Shown: positions 23,768 to 34,879 of the stretch, in pieces
Layout: each line of letters opens with the position of its first letter
How positions within the stretch are numbered: position 1 is the stretch's first letter
DNA from: Raja brachyura
Taxonomy: Eukaryota
Reading direction: 5' to 3'
Assembly (NCBI GenBank): GCA_963514005.1
Contig: OY740823.1
Coordinates: 2,232,001-2,296,000, forward strand
DNA: 64,000 nucleotides
Notes under the pieces: model-generated
What the model saw: only the letters and a program-made list of their open reading frames with translations
The model's database searches: none
What the model was told of the DNA's origin: nothing
Program-made: the position numbers and the translations under genes

Positions 23768-24432
23768 AAATGTGTGGCAATGAACTGCAGATGCTGGTTT
23801 AAACCAAAGATAGGCACAGAAAGTTGGAGTAACTCTGCGGGGAAGGCAGCATCTCTGGACAGAAGCATTGGGTGACTTTCTGGTTGAGACCCTTCCTCAG
23901 ACTAGTTCGGGTCAAGGGAAACGAGAGATAGAGACGATGATGTGGGGAGAAAAAGAACGATGAATAAAATAAAATGAAAACAGGCCATGAAGGAAACGGG
24001 CCACAGTTAGCTGTTTGTTGGGTGAAACCGAGAAGCTAGTGCGTCTTGGGTGGGGGAGATATAGGAAGAGAGAGAATGATGGGGCTACACGAAGATTGGG
24101 AATCGATATTGTAAACTGCCCAAGCGAAATATGAGATTCTGTTCCTCCAATTTGCGTTTAGCTTCACTCTGGCAATGGAGGAGACCTGGGAGAGAACGGT
24201 CGTGTTCACCCAACAAAGAGCTAACAAAGGCCTGTTTCCTTTATCGTCGTTACTTTTTTGCATATATTTCATTAATTGTATTTTATCTCTCGACATCATT
24301 CCCTTTGTCTCTCGTTTTCCTTACCCTTAACCAGTCTGAAGGAGGGTCTGGACCCGAAACGTCCCCATTCCTTCTCTGCAGAGATACTGCCTATTCCGCT
24401 GAGTTACTCCAGCTTGTGTGTCTATCTTGGGA
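23768..24432 (-). mobile_element. Penelope-derived fold-back element (pLTR and GIY-YIG C-terminal remnant, plus inverted pLTR)
   Basis: Arms at about 23805-24030 and 24202-24430 are inverted; degenerate hammerhead cores at about 23873-23900 (-) and 24336-24363 (+); 8-bp TSD TACAGGTA at 23760-23767 and 24433-24440 inside an older CR1. Confidence 0.8.
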
Positions 24433-25369
24433 TACAGGTACACTGTTCCCTGAAAGTGTTACGCTAAGACAGGGTGGTTTAAAAAGGCCTTTTGTGCATT
24501 CGCCTTGGTGAGGCTGCATTTGGAGTATTGTGTGCACAAGTGATCATGTTGCTATAGAATGGTATGAAAATCATGAAGGAAACAGATGGACTAGAATCAC
24601 TGTGCTTTTTACAAGAGGGTTGTGATCAAAACCAAATGTTTGATGTGAGATGGGCAAGATTTAGAAATAACTTGAGGGTGAAATTTTGAACTCAATGAGT
24701 GGTAGGTATATGGAGCGAGCCGCCAGAGGAGATGGTGAAGGCAGATATAACAACAACATTAATAAGATACTTGGGCAGGTACATCGTCAGGGAATGTTCA
24801 TAGGGATATGGCCCAAACGTAGTTAGCATGGACGAGTTTTGCGTGGTTCCCAGTGGTATGACTATGACACTATGACGGAGCATCTATGGGCCTCTGGAGG
24901 AGAGAGTGTCAGGATCTACAATCTCAGAATGAAGGAAGTTCGTCGGTTTAATTCCCCATTCTCTCCGATCTTTAGCTTTCCCAGCTAAAGAAAACAGACT
25001 CCCTGCGTTCACTTTGTGGTCCAACCAATGTGTTGTCATTCAACATCATTGCCTCTTATCGTCCTCAGCTTCAACGAATTAGGCGGCCCCCTTTCAATCT
25101 ATTCGCATGGGACACCCCTCCTATTACAAGAACGCAGGCCCGGCTACGCCGCCCAATACTGTTGACTGCGGAAGGAGAATGAAGACTAAAGAATTGTACA
25201 TATGAAACAAGACCCCAGCCCTCTTGCTACCTGACCTCCTTCTCCAATAGCTTGAAGATAACCTAAATTAGCATCACCTGTGTATGAGGTTTATTTCGTT
25301 CATGCGTCAGCACAGGATAACTACGTATGTGAACAGTCAATGAAAACCGTCACCCATATGCTGTATGCT

Positions 25370-26200
25370 ACATGCTATATTGTACATAAATGTGAGGTTA
25401 TCCACTTTGGTGGCAAAAATAGGAAAACAGACTATTATCTAAATGGATGCCGATTAGGAAAAGGGGAGATGCAGCGCGACCTGGGTGTCATGGTACATCA
25501 GTCATTGAAAGTAGGCATGCAGGTGCAGCAGGCAGTGAAGAAAGCGAATGGTATGTTAGCTTTCATAGCAAAAGGATTTGAGTATAGAAGCAGGGAGGTT
25601 CGACTTCAGTTGTATAGGGTCTTGGTGAGACCACACCTGGAGTATTGCGTACAGTTCTGGTCTCCAAATCTGAGGAAGGACATTATTGCCATAGAGGGAG
25701 TGCAGAGAAGGTTCACCAGACTGATACCTGGGATGTCAGGACTGTCTTATGAACAAAGACTGCATAGACTCGGTTTATACTCTCTAGAATTTAGGAGATT
25801 GAGAGGGGATCTTATAGAAACTTACAAAAGTCTTAAGGGGTTGGACAGGCTAGATGCAGGAAGATTGTTCCCGATGTTGGGGAGGTCCAGGACAAGGGGT
25901 CACAGCTTAAGGATGAGGGGGAAATCCTTTAGGACCGAGATGAGAAGGACTTTTTTCACACAGAGAGTGGTGGGTCTCTGGAACCCTCTGCCACAGAGGG
26001 TAGTTGAGGCCAGTTCATTGGCTATATTTAAGAAGAAGTTAGATGTGGCCCTTGTGGCTAAGGGGATCAGAGGGTATGGAGAGAAGGCAGGTACGGGATA
26101 CTGAGTTGCATGATCAGCCATGATCATATTGAATGGCGGTGCAGGCTCGAAGGGCCGAATAGCCTACTCCTGCACCTAATTTCTATGTTTCTATGTTTCT
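25370..26200 (+). mobile_element. CR1 3' fragment, open frame
   Basis: KCEVIHFG...GEKAGTGY* and (TTTCTATG)n tail; its 3' end is the donor for the 27709-28850 capture. Confidence 0.92.
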
Positions 26201-27271
26201 ACATGCTATATACACATATAGAGCTACGCAACATGGAATCAGACCTCTCTTGTCCATGTTGACCAGTTTGGCAAATTAGGCTCAAATCATTTACCAGAAT
26301 TCGACATGTGGCCTTTTAATTCCTTCCGATCCAAATATCTATCCAAATGCTTTTTAAGCAACCTAATTGTATCCGTCTCTGCTCGTTCATCTGGCAGCCT
26401 ATTCCAGATATGCAAAATGAACCTTTTCTATACATGCACGGCCAAATATTTTATAAATGTTGTTATCGTACATAATACAACTATTTCCTCTGGCAGCTCA
26501 TTTATACCAGTCTATGTGAATACGCTGCCTCTTAGATTCCTCTAAAATGTTTCCCGTCGCACCTTTAACACTTTCTTATAGTTTCTAATTAGCCCTACCC
26601 TGGGTAAATTAATGTGCATTCACACTATCTATTCTCCTCATGATTTTTTACACCTTTTGTAAATCAGCCCTCAGCCAGCTGTCCTAAAAAACATAGTCGT
26701 TGCATGACAAATCTCTTTCTCTATAGCACAGGCAGTCAAGGTCTGGCAACACCCTAGAAAATCTTCTCTGCAAACTTACCATCGTAACGGCATATTTTCT
26801 ATCGGCGTGTTACTGTGTTAATAGGCCTATTGTTCTGGGGTGATCTTATAGAGGTGTACAAAATCATGAGCGGATAGATGCACAGAGTCTTTTGATCAGA
26901 GTAGGGAAATCGAGGACCAGAGGACATAGGTTCGAGGTGAAGGAGAAAATATTTAATTGGAATTCATGGGGTAACATGAATTCATGGGGTAACAAAGGGA
27001 GTTGGGTGTATGAAAGAAGCTGCAAGAGGAGGCAGTTGATGTTGGGCCAATCCCATCGTTTGAACAAATAGATAGACAGGTACATGGATGGGACAGGTTT
27101 GCAAGGATATGGACCATTCGCAGGCAGGTGGGACTAGTGTGGCTGGGACATGTTGGCCGTGGTGGACAAGTTGGGCCGAAGGCCCTGTTTCCACACTGTC
27201 ACTCTATGACACTATGACACTAGGGGAAGGGGGAGGAATCCTTTGCAGTGACAGAGACCCTTCAACAACTT

Positions 27272-27439
27272 GTGTAGGGAGCAATTGAGGATGCAGGAGT
27301 AAACCAAAGATAGACATAAAAATGCTGGAGTCAGGGAGCAATTCTGGACAAAAGGAATAGGGGACGTTTCGGGTCGTGCCCCTTCTTCAGAAGAGATGCT
27401 GCCGGACCCGCTGAGCTACTCGAGCATTTTGTGTCTGTC
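27272..27439 (-). mobile_element. Miniature Penelope fold-back element
   Basis: pLTR reverse complement ending in CTTCTTCAG (core 27363-27390) joined to an inverted pLTR tail; imperfect 13-bp TSD CCTTCAACAACTT / CCCTCAACATCTT. Confidence 0.7.
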
Positions 27440-27812
27440 CCCTCAACATCTTCACCGACACAGACGAACCGATCCGCCACTGGCTGCCCTGTACCTTGCA
27501 TTGCACGAATAAGTGCAGCTCATCAATCAGTCCATTGGTTGAAAGCGTTTTTGGATCTGTCTGAAATGGCGATGGGCGGTATAAAAATGTAACGATTCAC
27601 CTCTGCGCTACGAACCTGCTGTTTTGCGTCACCTCCCAAATGTTCATTGAGTGCTCTCTATTGCCACCACGTGGGCAATGGTGTAACACGATATCTGGCC
27701 ACATTACGTTGTTTTAAAGAAGGAACTGCAGATGCTGGAGAATCGAGGGTTACACAAAAAGCTGGAGAAACTCAGCGGGTGCAGCAGCATCTAAGGAGTG
27801 AAGGAGATAGGC

Positions 27813-27840
27813 GACGTTTCGGGTCGAGACCCTTCTTCAG
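27813..27840 (-). ncRNA. Minimal hammerhead core
   Basis: CUGAAGAAGGGUCUCGACCCGAAACGUC intact; the 5' strand of helix I is replaced by captured DNA. Confidence 0.65.
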
Positions 27841-28102
27841 GGAAGGCAGGTACGGGATACTGAGTTGCATGATCAGCCATGATCATATTGAATGGCGGTG
27901 CAGGCTCGAAGGGCCGAATAGCCTACTCCTGCACCTAATTTCTATGTTTCTATGTTTCTACATGCTATATACACATATAGAGCTACGCAACATGGAATCA
28001 GACCTCTCTTGTCCATGTTGACCAGTTTGGCAAATTAGGTTACACAAAAAGCTGGAGAAACTCAGCGGGTGCAGCAGCATCTAAGGAGTGAAGGAGATAG
28101 GC

Positions 28103-28130
28103 GACGTTTCGGGTCGAGACCCTTCTTCAG
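28103..28130 (-). ncRNA. Minimal hammerhead core (tandem copy, 290 nt from the previous one)
   Basis: Identical core sequence. Confidence 0.65.
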
Positions 28131-28756
28131 AGAAGGCAGGTACGGGATACTGAGTTGCATGATCAGCCATGATCATATTGAATGGCGGTGCAGGCTCGAA
28201 GGGCCGAATAGCCTACTCCTGCACCTAATTTCTATGTTTCTATGTTTCTACATGCTATATACACATATAGAGCTACGCAACATGGAATCAGACCTCTCTT
28301 GTCCATGTTGACCAGTTTGGCAAATTAGGCTCAAATCATTTACCAGAATTCGACATGTGGCCTTTTAATTCCTTCCGATCCAAATATCTATCCAAATGCT
28401 TTTTAAGCAACCTAATTGTATCCGTCTCTGCTCGTTCATCTGGCAGCCTATTCCAGATATGCAAAATGAACCTTTTCTATACATGCACGCCCAAATATTT
28501 TATAAATGTTGTTATCGTACATAACACAACTATTTCCTCTGGCAGCTCATTTATACCCGTCTATGTGAATACGCTGCCTCTTAGATTCCTCTAAAATGTT
28601 TCCCGTCGCACCTTTAACACTTTCTTATAGTTTCTAATTAGCCCTACCCTGGGTAAATTAATGTGCATTCACACTATCTATTCTCCTCATGATTTTTTAC
28701 CCCTTTTGTAAATCAGCCCTCAGCCAGCTGTCCTAAAAAACATAGTCGTTGCATGA

Positions 28757-28784
28757 CTGAAGAAGGGTCTCGACCCGAAACGTC
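28757..28784 (+). ncRNA. Minimal hammerhead core (inverted arm)
   Basis: Identical core sequence on the plus strand. Confidence 0.65.
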
Positions 28785-29215
28785 GCCTATCTCCTTCACT
28801 CCTTAGATGCTGCTGCACCCGCTGAGTTTCTCCAGCTTTTTGTGTAACCCTCTGGCCACATTACGCTTGGTTCCTGCAGCCAGGACATGAGAACATGGAA
28901 TAAATGAAAACACTGCCTTCATAAACTCGTCTGCAAAATTGTTTGTTAGGAAGATGTGCAAGTCGCTCTTGATTTGAATGATGGTGCATAGAATAAAACA
29001 GTGTCAGCCTGTGTTGGTCATTTTTACTTCTCTTCTGAGTTCAGGTAAATACTTATTACCAATGTATTTAAAAATAAAAATACCCAAAGTGCTGGAGTAA
29101 TTCAGCGGGTCAGAATGCTGGAGAACATGGACAGGCAACGTTTCGGGTTGGGATCCTTGGGTTGCTTTCTAACATCTCAAATTATCGTGTTACCTCCAAA
29201 GTCAAGGTACCTATA

Positions 29216-30832
29216 CAGTGGCTTGCAAACGTTTTCATACCCCTTGAACCTTTCCACATTTTGTCACGTTACAACCACAAACGTAAATGTATTTTATTGG
29301 GATTTTATGTGATAGACCAACACAAAGTGGTGCATAATTGTGAAGTGGAAGGAAAATTATCCATGGTTTCCAAATTTTATTACAAATACAAAACTGAAAA
29401 GTGTGGCGTGCAAAAGTATTCAGCCCCCCTCAGTCACTACTTTGTAGAACCACCTTTCGCTGCTTTTGCAGCTGCAAGTCTTTTGTGATATGTCTGTACC
29501 AGCTTTGCACATCTAGAGACAGAAATGTTTGCCCATTCTTCTTTGCAAAATAGCTCAAGCTCAGTCAGATTGGATGGATAGCGTCTGTGAACAACAATTC
29601 TCAAGTCATGCCAGAGATTCTCAATTGGATTTAGGTCTGGACTTTGACTGGGCCATTCTAACACATGAATATGCTTTGATCTAAACCATTCAATTGTAGC
29701 TCTGGCTATATGTTTTGGGTCGTTGTCCTTCTGGAAGGTGAACCTCCGCCCCAGTCTCAAGTCCTTTGCAGACTCTAACAGGGTTTCTTCCAAGATTGCC
29801 CTGTATTTGGCTCCATCCATCTTCCCATCAACTCTGACCAGCTTCACTGTCCTTGCTGAAGAAAATCATCCCCACAGCACGATGCTGTCACCACCATGTT
29901 TCACAGTGGGGATGGTGTGTTCAGGGTGATGTGCAGTGTTAGTTTTCCGCCACACATAGCGTTTTGCATTTAGGCCAAACACGTCAATTTTGGTCTCATC
30001 AGACCAGAGCACCTTCCTCCACATGTTTGCTGTGTCCCCCACATGGCTTGTGGCAAACTGCAAACGGGACTTCTTATGGCTTTGTTTCAACAATGGCTTT
30101 CTTCTTGCCACTCTTCCATAAAGGCCCGATTTGTGGAGTGCACGACTAATAGTTGTCCTGTGGACAGATTCTCCCACCTGAGCTGTGGATCTCTGCAGCT
30201 CCTCCAGAGTTACCATGGGCCTCTTGGCTGCTTCTCTGATCAATGCTCTCCTTGCCCGCCCTGTCAGTTTAGGTGGACGGCCATGTCTTGGTAGGTTTGC
30301 AGTTGTGCCATACTCTTTTCATTTTCGGATGATGGATTGAACAGTGCTCCGTGAGATGTTCAAAGCTTGGGATATTTTTTTATAACCTCAGCCTAATTTA
30401 AACTTCTCCACAACTTTATCCCTGACCTGTCTGATGTGTTCCTTGGGCTTCATGATGCTGTTTGTTCACTAATGTTCTCTAACAAACCTCTGAGGCCTTC
30501 GCAGAACAGCTGTATTTATACTGAGATTAGATTATACACAAGTGGACTCTATTTACTAACTAGGTGACTTCTGAAGGCAATGGGTTGCACTGGATTTATT
30601 TAGGGGTATCAGAGTAAAGGGGGCTGAATACTTTTCCACGCCACTCTTTTCAGTTTTTTATTTGTAAAAAAAATTGACAAACCATGTATCATTTTCCTTC
30701 CACTTCACAATTCAGCGCCACTTTGTGTTGGTCTATCACATACAATCCCAGCAAAATACATTCACGTTTGTGGTTGTAACGTGACAAAATATGGAAAAGT
30801 TCAAGGGGTGTGAAAACTTTTGCAAGCCACTG
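29216..30832 (-). mobile_element. Full-length Tc1/mariner DNA transposon (IR/DR type, Passport-like)
   Basis: CAGTGGCTTGCAAA termini, TIRs of about 215 bp, TA TSD at 29214-29215 and 30833-30834, 1617 bp long. Confidence 0.95.
29437..30453 (-). pseudogene. Tc1 DD34E transposase with three in-frame stops and no frameshift
   Basis: MKPKEHIRQVRDKVVEKF..GRPPKL..WSDETK..FQKDNDPKH..SPDLNPIENLW..KGGSTK; 339 codons in one frame. Confidence 0.92.
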
Positions 30833-31599
30833 TAGTTGTTTGGAAGGTCCATAATTCATGAACATTTGAGGAATCATTTTTCCAATTGTTTGTGCTTTTA
30901 GTTAATTGTTTTTCTTTCTTTCCAGTTTTTCAAATATGTGCTGTAGGAGGGAATTATATGCTTTACCCGCAGCCTGTATCTGACTTTGAACAGATATGCA
31001 CAGATACAAAATTTAACAGCTCCTCGGTCAGGGGTGTATCTGATGAACCAGTCGGTTTATTAGAGATGCACATCAGCAAATAGTGTGAGCAAGCCCAATC
31101 TGCTTCAATAATCTATAGTAATAGTACAGTTTCATACCCTCATGACACAATTGTTACTCGTAGTTGAAATAAACCATCATTAATCAATGTCTCTGGAACG
31201 TTTTATCTTTGTCTTTCCACAAAGTTAACTTTAACCTTTATCTTCCTGGTGTTTCCAAACTCCAAGAAGGAGCTGTTGAGCTGGAGACAGCAGCTGGATT
31301 AAATCCACAGCCTGGGACCACCAGGTCTCGTGGCTTTGATCACCCACTGAAACAATGGTGGGCTGACAACAGAATGTCAGACCGAAGCAACAAATTTACG
31401 GGCCTCTGATGAGGCTCGTAACAAACCACTAATTCAGTATTCTTTTCGGAGGCCTGATATACAGGCTCGAGCAAGCCAAGATTGGCGGATGCCTGTTTAT
31501 GATACATTGAGGCCTGGGAAGAACAACAAGCCAAGGGACTCGTGACAAAACGTATCCAGACCACCACCTTTTTCAGAGGTCTGTTTACCGTTCCTCCGA

Positions 31600-33421
31600 G
31601 TCCAAGGAGGGATTTAGAGTAGAAGTCTGTGATTTTATGTGGAACCAAATGAGAATTGGCGAGTCTCTCGCTCAACACAATACCTACATAGAAACATAGA
31701 AACATAGAAAATAGGTGCAGGAGGAAGCCATTCGGCCCTTCGACCCAGCACCGCCATTCATTGTGATCATGGCTGGTCGTCCCCAATCAATAACCCGTGC
31801 CTGCCTTCTCCCCATATCCTTTCATTCCACTAGCCCCTAGAGCTCTGTTTATCTCTCTTAAATCCATGCAGTGATTTGGCCTCCACTGCCCTCTGTGGCA
31901 GGGAATTCCACAGGGAATTCCACCTCTTCCACCATACTTCAAATGGAAATTGATAAGTACGATGATGATCCCTTGCAATATGAGACTTTCATAGACCAAG
32001 TTGAGAGAAGAGTGGAGAGGAAAACTACTGATGATGAAGATCGATTTCATTTCATTACACAAGCGGATATCCAATAGGGCTTGTTGCTGGTTTGTAGGAA
32101 GTTGCCTACCGGTGAGTGCTATCGAACGGCGAGAAAATTGGTTGGATAACAGATTGGTATCGAGCACCAGATCGTCAATGCATACATGAAGAAGGCCCAT
32201 GCTTGGACAGTTATCTGGCCGGATGACGCGAAAGCATTGCTGGAGTTTACGATATTTCTTAGACGTTGTTATGGCTCGAGGAAACATCTCAACCACATGC
32301 AAGAAATTAATGTTGTTAGTAATATGACAATTATGACTCCAAAACTGCCCTAGAAACGTTGAGAAAAGTGGACCGATAAAGCAGGCCACATGGAGGAAAA
32401 TGAGAACCGCGAGATCATGCTTCCTGATCCGGTGAACTTCATAGAAAAGGAAGTACATTTCATGTCAAATTTACGTTATGGGCGTATTCAAGATCCTAAA
32501 CCAATCGCAACTGTCAAAGGTTCTACCTTTACAAAAACAAAAGGAAGACCAGGACCTAAGAGAACTAGTTTTACTACCACCGTAATACCTCTGGAAACGA
32601 AAGGCTAAAAGGAAGGAGATACATCTCCTAAGCAAAAATTATTTTGTTTGTTATGTGATGAGGTTGGTCACACCATAAGGTGGTGTCTAAGTTTCAAGAA
32701 GAAGGAATATAAAGAAAAGATTAATTTCTTCAAGGAGAAGGGAATCTGTATTGGATGTTTGAAAAAAGGACACATGGTTAAAGACAGTAGGAGTTCCATA
32801 ACTTGTGATAGGTGCAAGCAGGGTCACCCTGAAGCACTTCACAGTTAGCAGAAGGAGCCGGAGCAAATAGAACAGAAGGAGAAGCCAGCTACTGGTGATG
32901 CTGTCACCTCACCTCAGATAACTGCCCACATTGGGGCCGGGGTTGGAATCTGCATCTTCTCTATCTTACCAGTTCAGGTAAGGAATAGCAAGACGGATAC
33001 AATGTTGCAAACATATGCATTTTTGGATCATGGTAGTTCGGTTACCTTTTGTACAGAACCTATACAGACTATGAAGACCCAAGGGGATGGACCGTTTGCT
33101 GTGAAAACCCTACTAGGATGGGTTATTTATGGCTCCTTGAGAAGGAACATCGAAAGGAATAACGGAAACAACAGAAGAACTATCCTGCCGCTGCTGTTAA
33201 TCACATATCTACTGGTAAAGCAGAAAAGCTATTGATCAAACAATACAAGCATGACTTCAATGAAAGCGCCAGAAAGGAATCTGAAGAAATGTCCAGGGTA
33301 GAGAAAGTTCTTGGATAGTATGAACTAATCAGTAAAGATGATAGCCGGACACTATTGTCTGGGTTTCCTTTTCAAACAAGAGAGTATGAGTCTGCCGAAT
33401 GATCGTCGTATGGCAGAGCAA
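31600..33421 (+). mobile_element. BEL/Pao LTR retrotransposon remnant, gag-protease part
   Basis: EIDKYDDDPLQY, three Cys/His knuckles (CLLC..GH, CIGCLKKGH, CDRCKQGH), protease TYAFLDHGS; 5' boundary uncertain. Confidence 0.8.
31686..31921 (-). mobile_element. CR1 3' end inserted in BEL gag
   Basis: (CATAGAAA)n tail on the plus strand; ACCT on both sides (31682-31685, 31922-31925). Confidence 0.8.
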
Positions 33422-33794
33422 GTCGAGTGGGAGGAGAGTTAGCAGTGAGTCAGAGGGGGAAACAGTTGAAGAGGAGAGGCAAAGCACAGGCAGACTTTCA
33501 GAGCTCCCGCGGATTTGGAAGAAACAGCAACAAAGAGAAGCAGGAAAAAGCACTGATTGGCTCTAGCCCGAGTGGGAGGAGAGTTAGCAGTGAGTCAGAG
33601 GGGGAAGACAGTTTAAAACTGAGGAATTTGGTTTGTAAATTGGTAAATTAAGCTATCAGTCAATATAAATAAGACGGCTCTTAGGGAACGGCAGTGAGGG
33701 AGCGGCCTGGTGAGAAAAGTGTGAGTCTTTGGCTCGAGAGACTTCGGCGAGGACGCTACGCATAAAACTCGAGAGGACGAAACGGGGTGAACAC

Positions 33795-34879
33795 ATGTCG
33801 GGGCAGATGAGACAGTGTGAGGCTTGCAGAATGTGGGAGCACAGGGACACAGATGGAGCCTCTGGCTACAACAACTGTGGCAAGTGCGTCCAGTTTCAGC
33901 TCCAGAAGGACCGAGTTGGGGCACTGGAGAAGCAGCTGGATGACCTCAGGGCCATCCGGGAAACCAAGAGTTTCCTAGACAGGACCTACAGTGACGTAAT
34001 CACGCTGATGTTACGGGAAGAACCAAGGTGTGTGACTGAGAGAAAGGGTGGAAATCATGGAGTGCAGAAGACCCAGGTGGCTGTGCCTAATGAAAACAGG
34101 GACATTAGCCACGGTTGCCCAGTCAGATGCAACTAAATTTAAAGTGGCACTTTCTTCCCAATAACCCTCTCTGGCTAAACCTCTCCCTTCATCACGTCCA
34201 GTTTAAATTCCAGTTGGAATATTTTGGAGGACCAAGTAACCAAGAACCAAGAACCAAGACACGCTCTTGGGAACTGTCCGGGGAGACGATGTTTGCAGTC
34301 CGAGCGGCGGACATGTAGGTGGCTCCAAATCTGGAGATGGGACTCGACCGGCGAGACCGACGTCGGGCAGAGCCCTAGTGGTGGGTGACTCAATTGTCCG
34401 AGGAGTGGACAGGAGATTCTGTGGTGGCAGACGAGATGCGAGGATGGCCTGTTGCCTCCCTGGTGCCAGGGTTCAGGATGTTACGAGCCGAACTTCGGAA
34501 CATCCTCGAGAGAGATGGTGAACAGCCGGCAGTAGTTGTGCACGTCGGCACAAACGACATCGGGAAGAAGAGGAAGGAGGTTCTCCAACACGACTTCAGA
34601 GAGTTGGGAAGAAGACTGAAATGCTGGACTTCCAGGGTAGTTATCTCTGGATTGCTTCCAGTACCACGTGCTAGTAAGGACAGGAACAGGGAGATAGGGG
34701 ACCTGGATGTGTGGCTGAAGGGCTGGTGCAGGGAGCAAGAATTTAGATGTATAGACCACTGGGATCTCTTCTGGGGTAGGGGTGACCTCTACAAAAGGAA
34801 TGGGTTACACCTTAACTGGAGGGGAACTGACATTCTGGCAGGCAGGTTTGCTCGGGCTACACGTGTGGGTTTGAACTAA
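33795..34879 (+). pseudogene. CR1 ORF1 (zinc finger / leucine zipper and SGNH esterase)
   Basis: CxxCxMWE...CGKC, ALVVGDSIVR, VVHVGTND, NGLHLN; interrupted by an insert of about 155 bp at 34105-34257. Confidence 0.85.

Larger units (their letters stand above)
27709..28850. mobile_element. Composite hammerhead/Penelope fold-back element carrying captured local DNA
   Basis: 15-bp perfect TSD TCTGGCCACATTACG (27694-27708, 28851-28865); inverted pLTR arms; internal copy of 26082-26708 at 28131-28757; 290-bp tandem unit 27748-28037 / 28038-28327. Confidence 0.92.

Noticed and set aside
27647-28594. Duplicated 79-124 aa ORFs
   Set aside because: Chance frames across pLTR, CR1 3'UTR and duplicated flank; no coding signature
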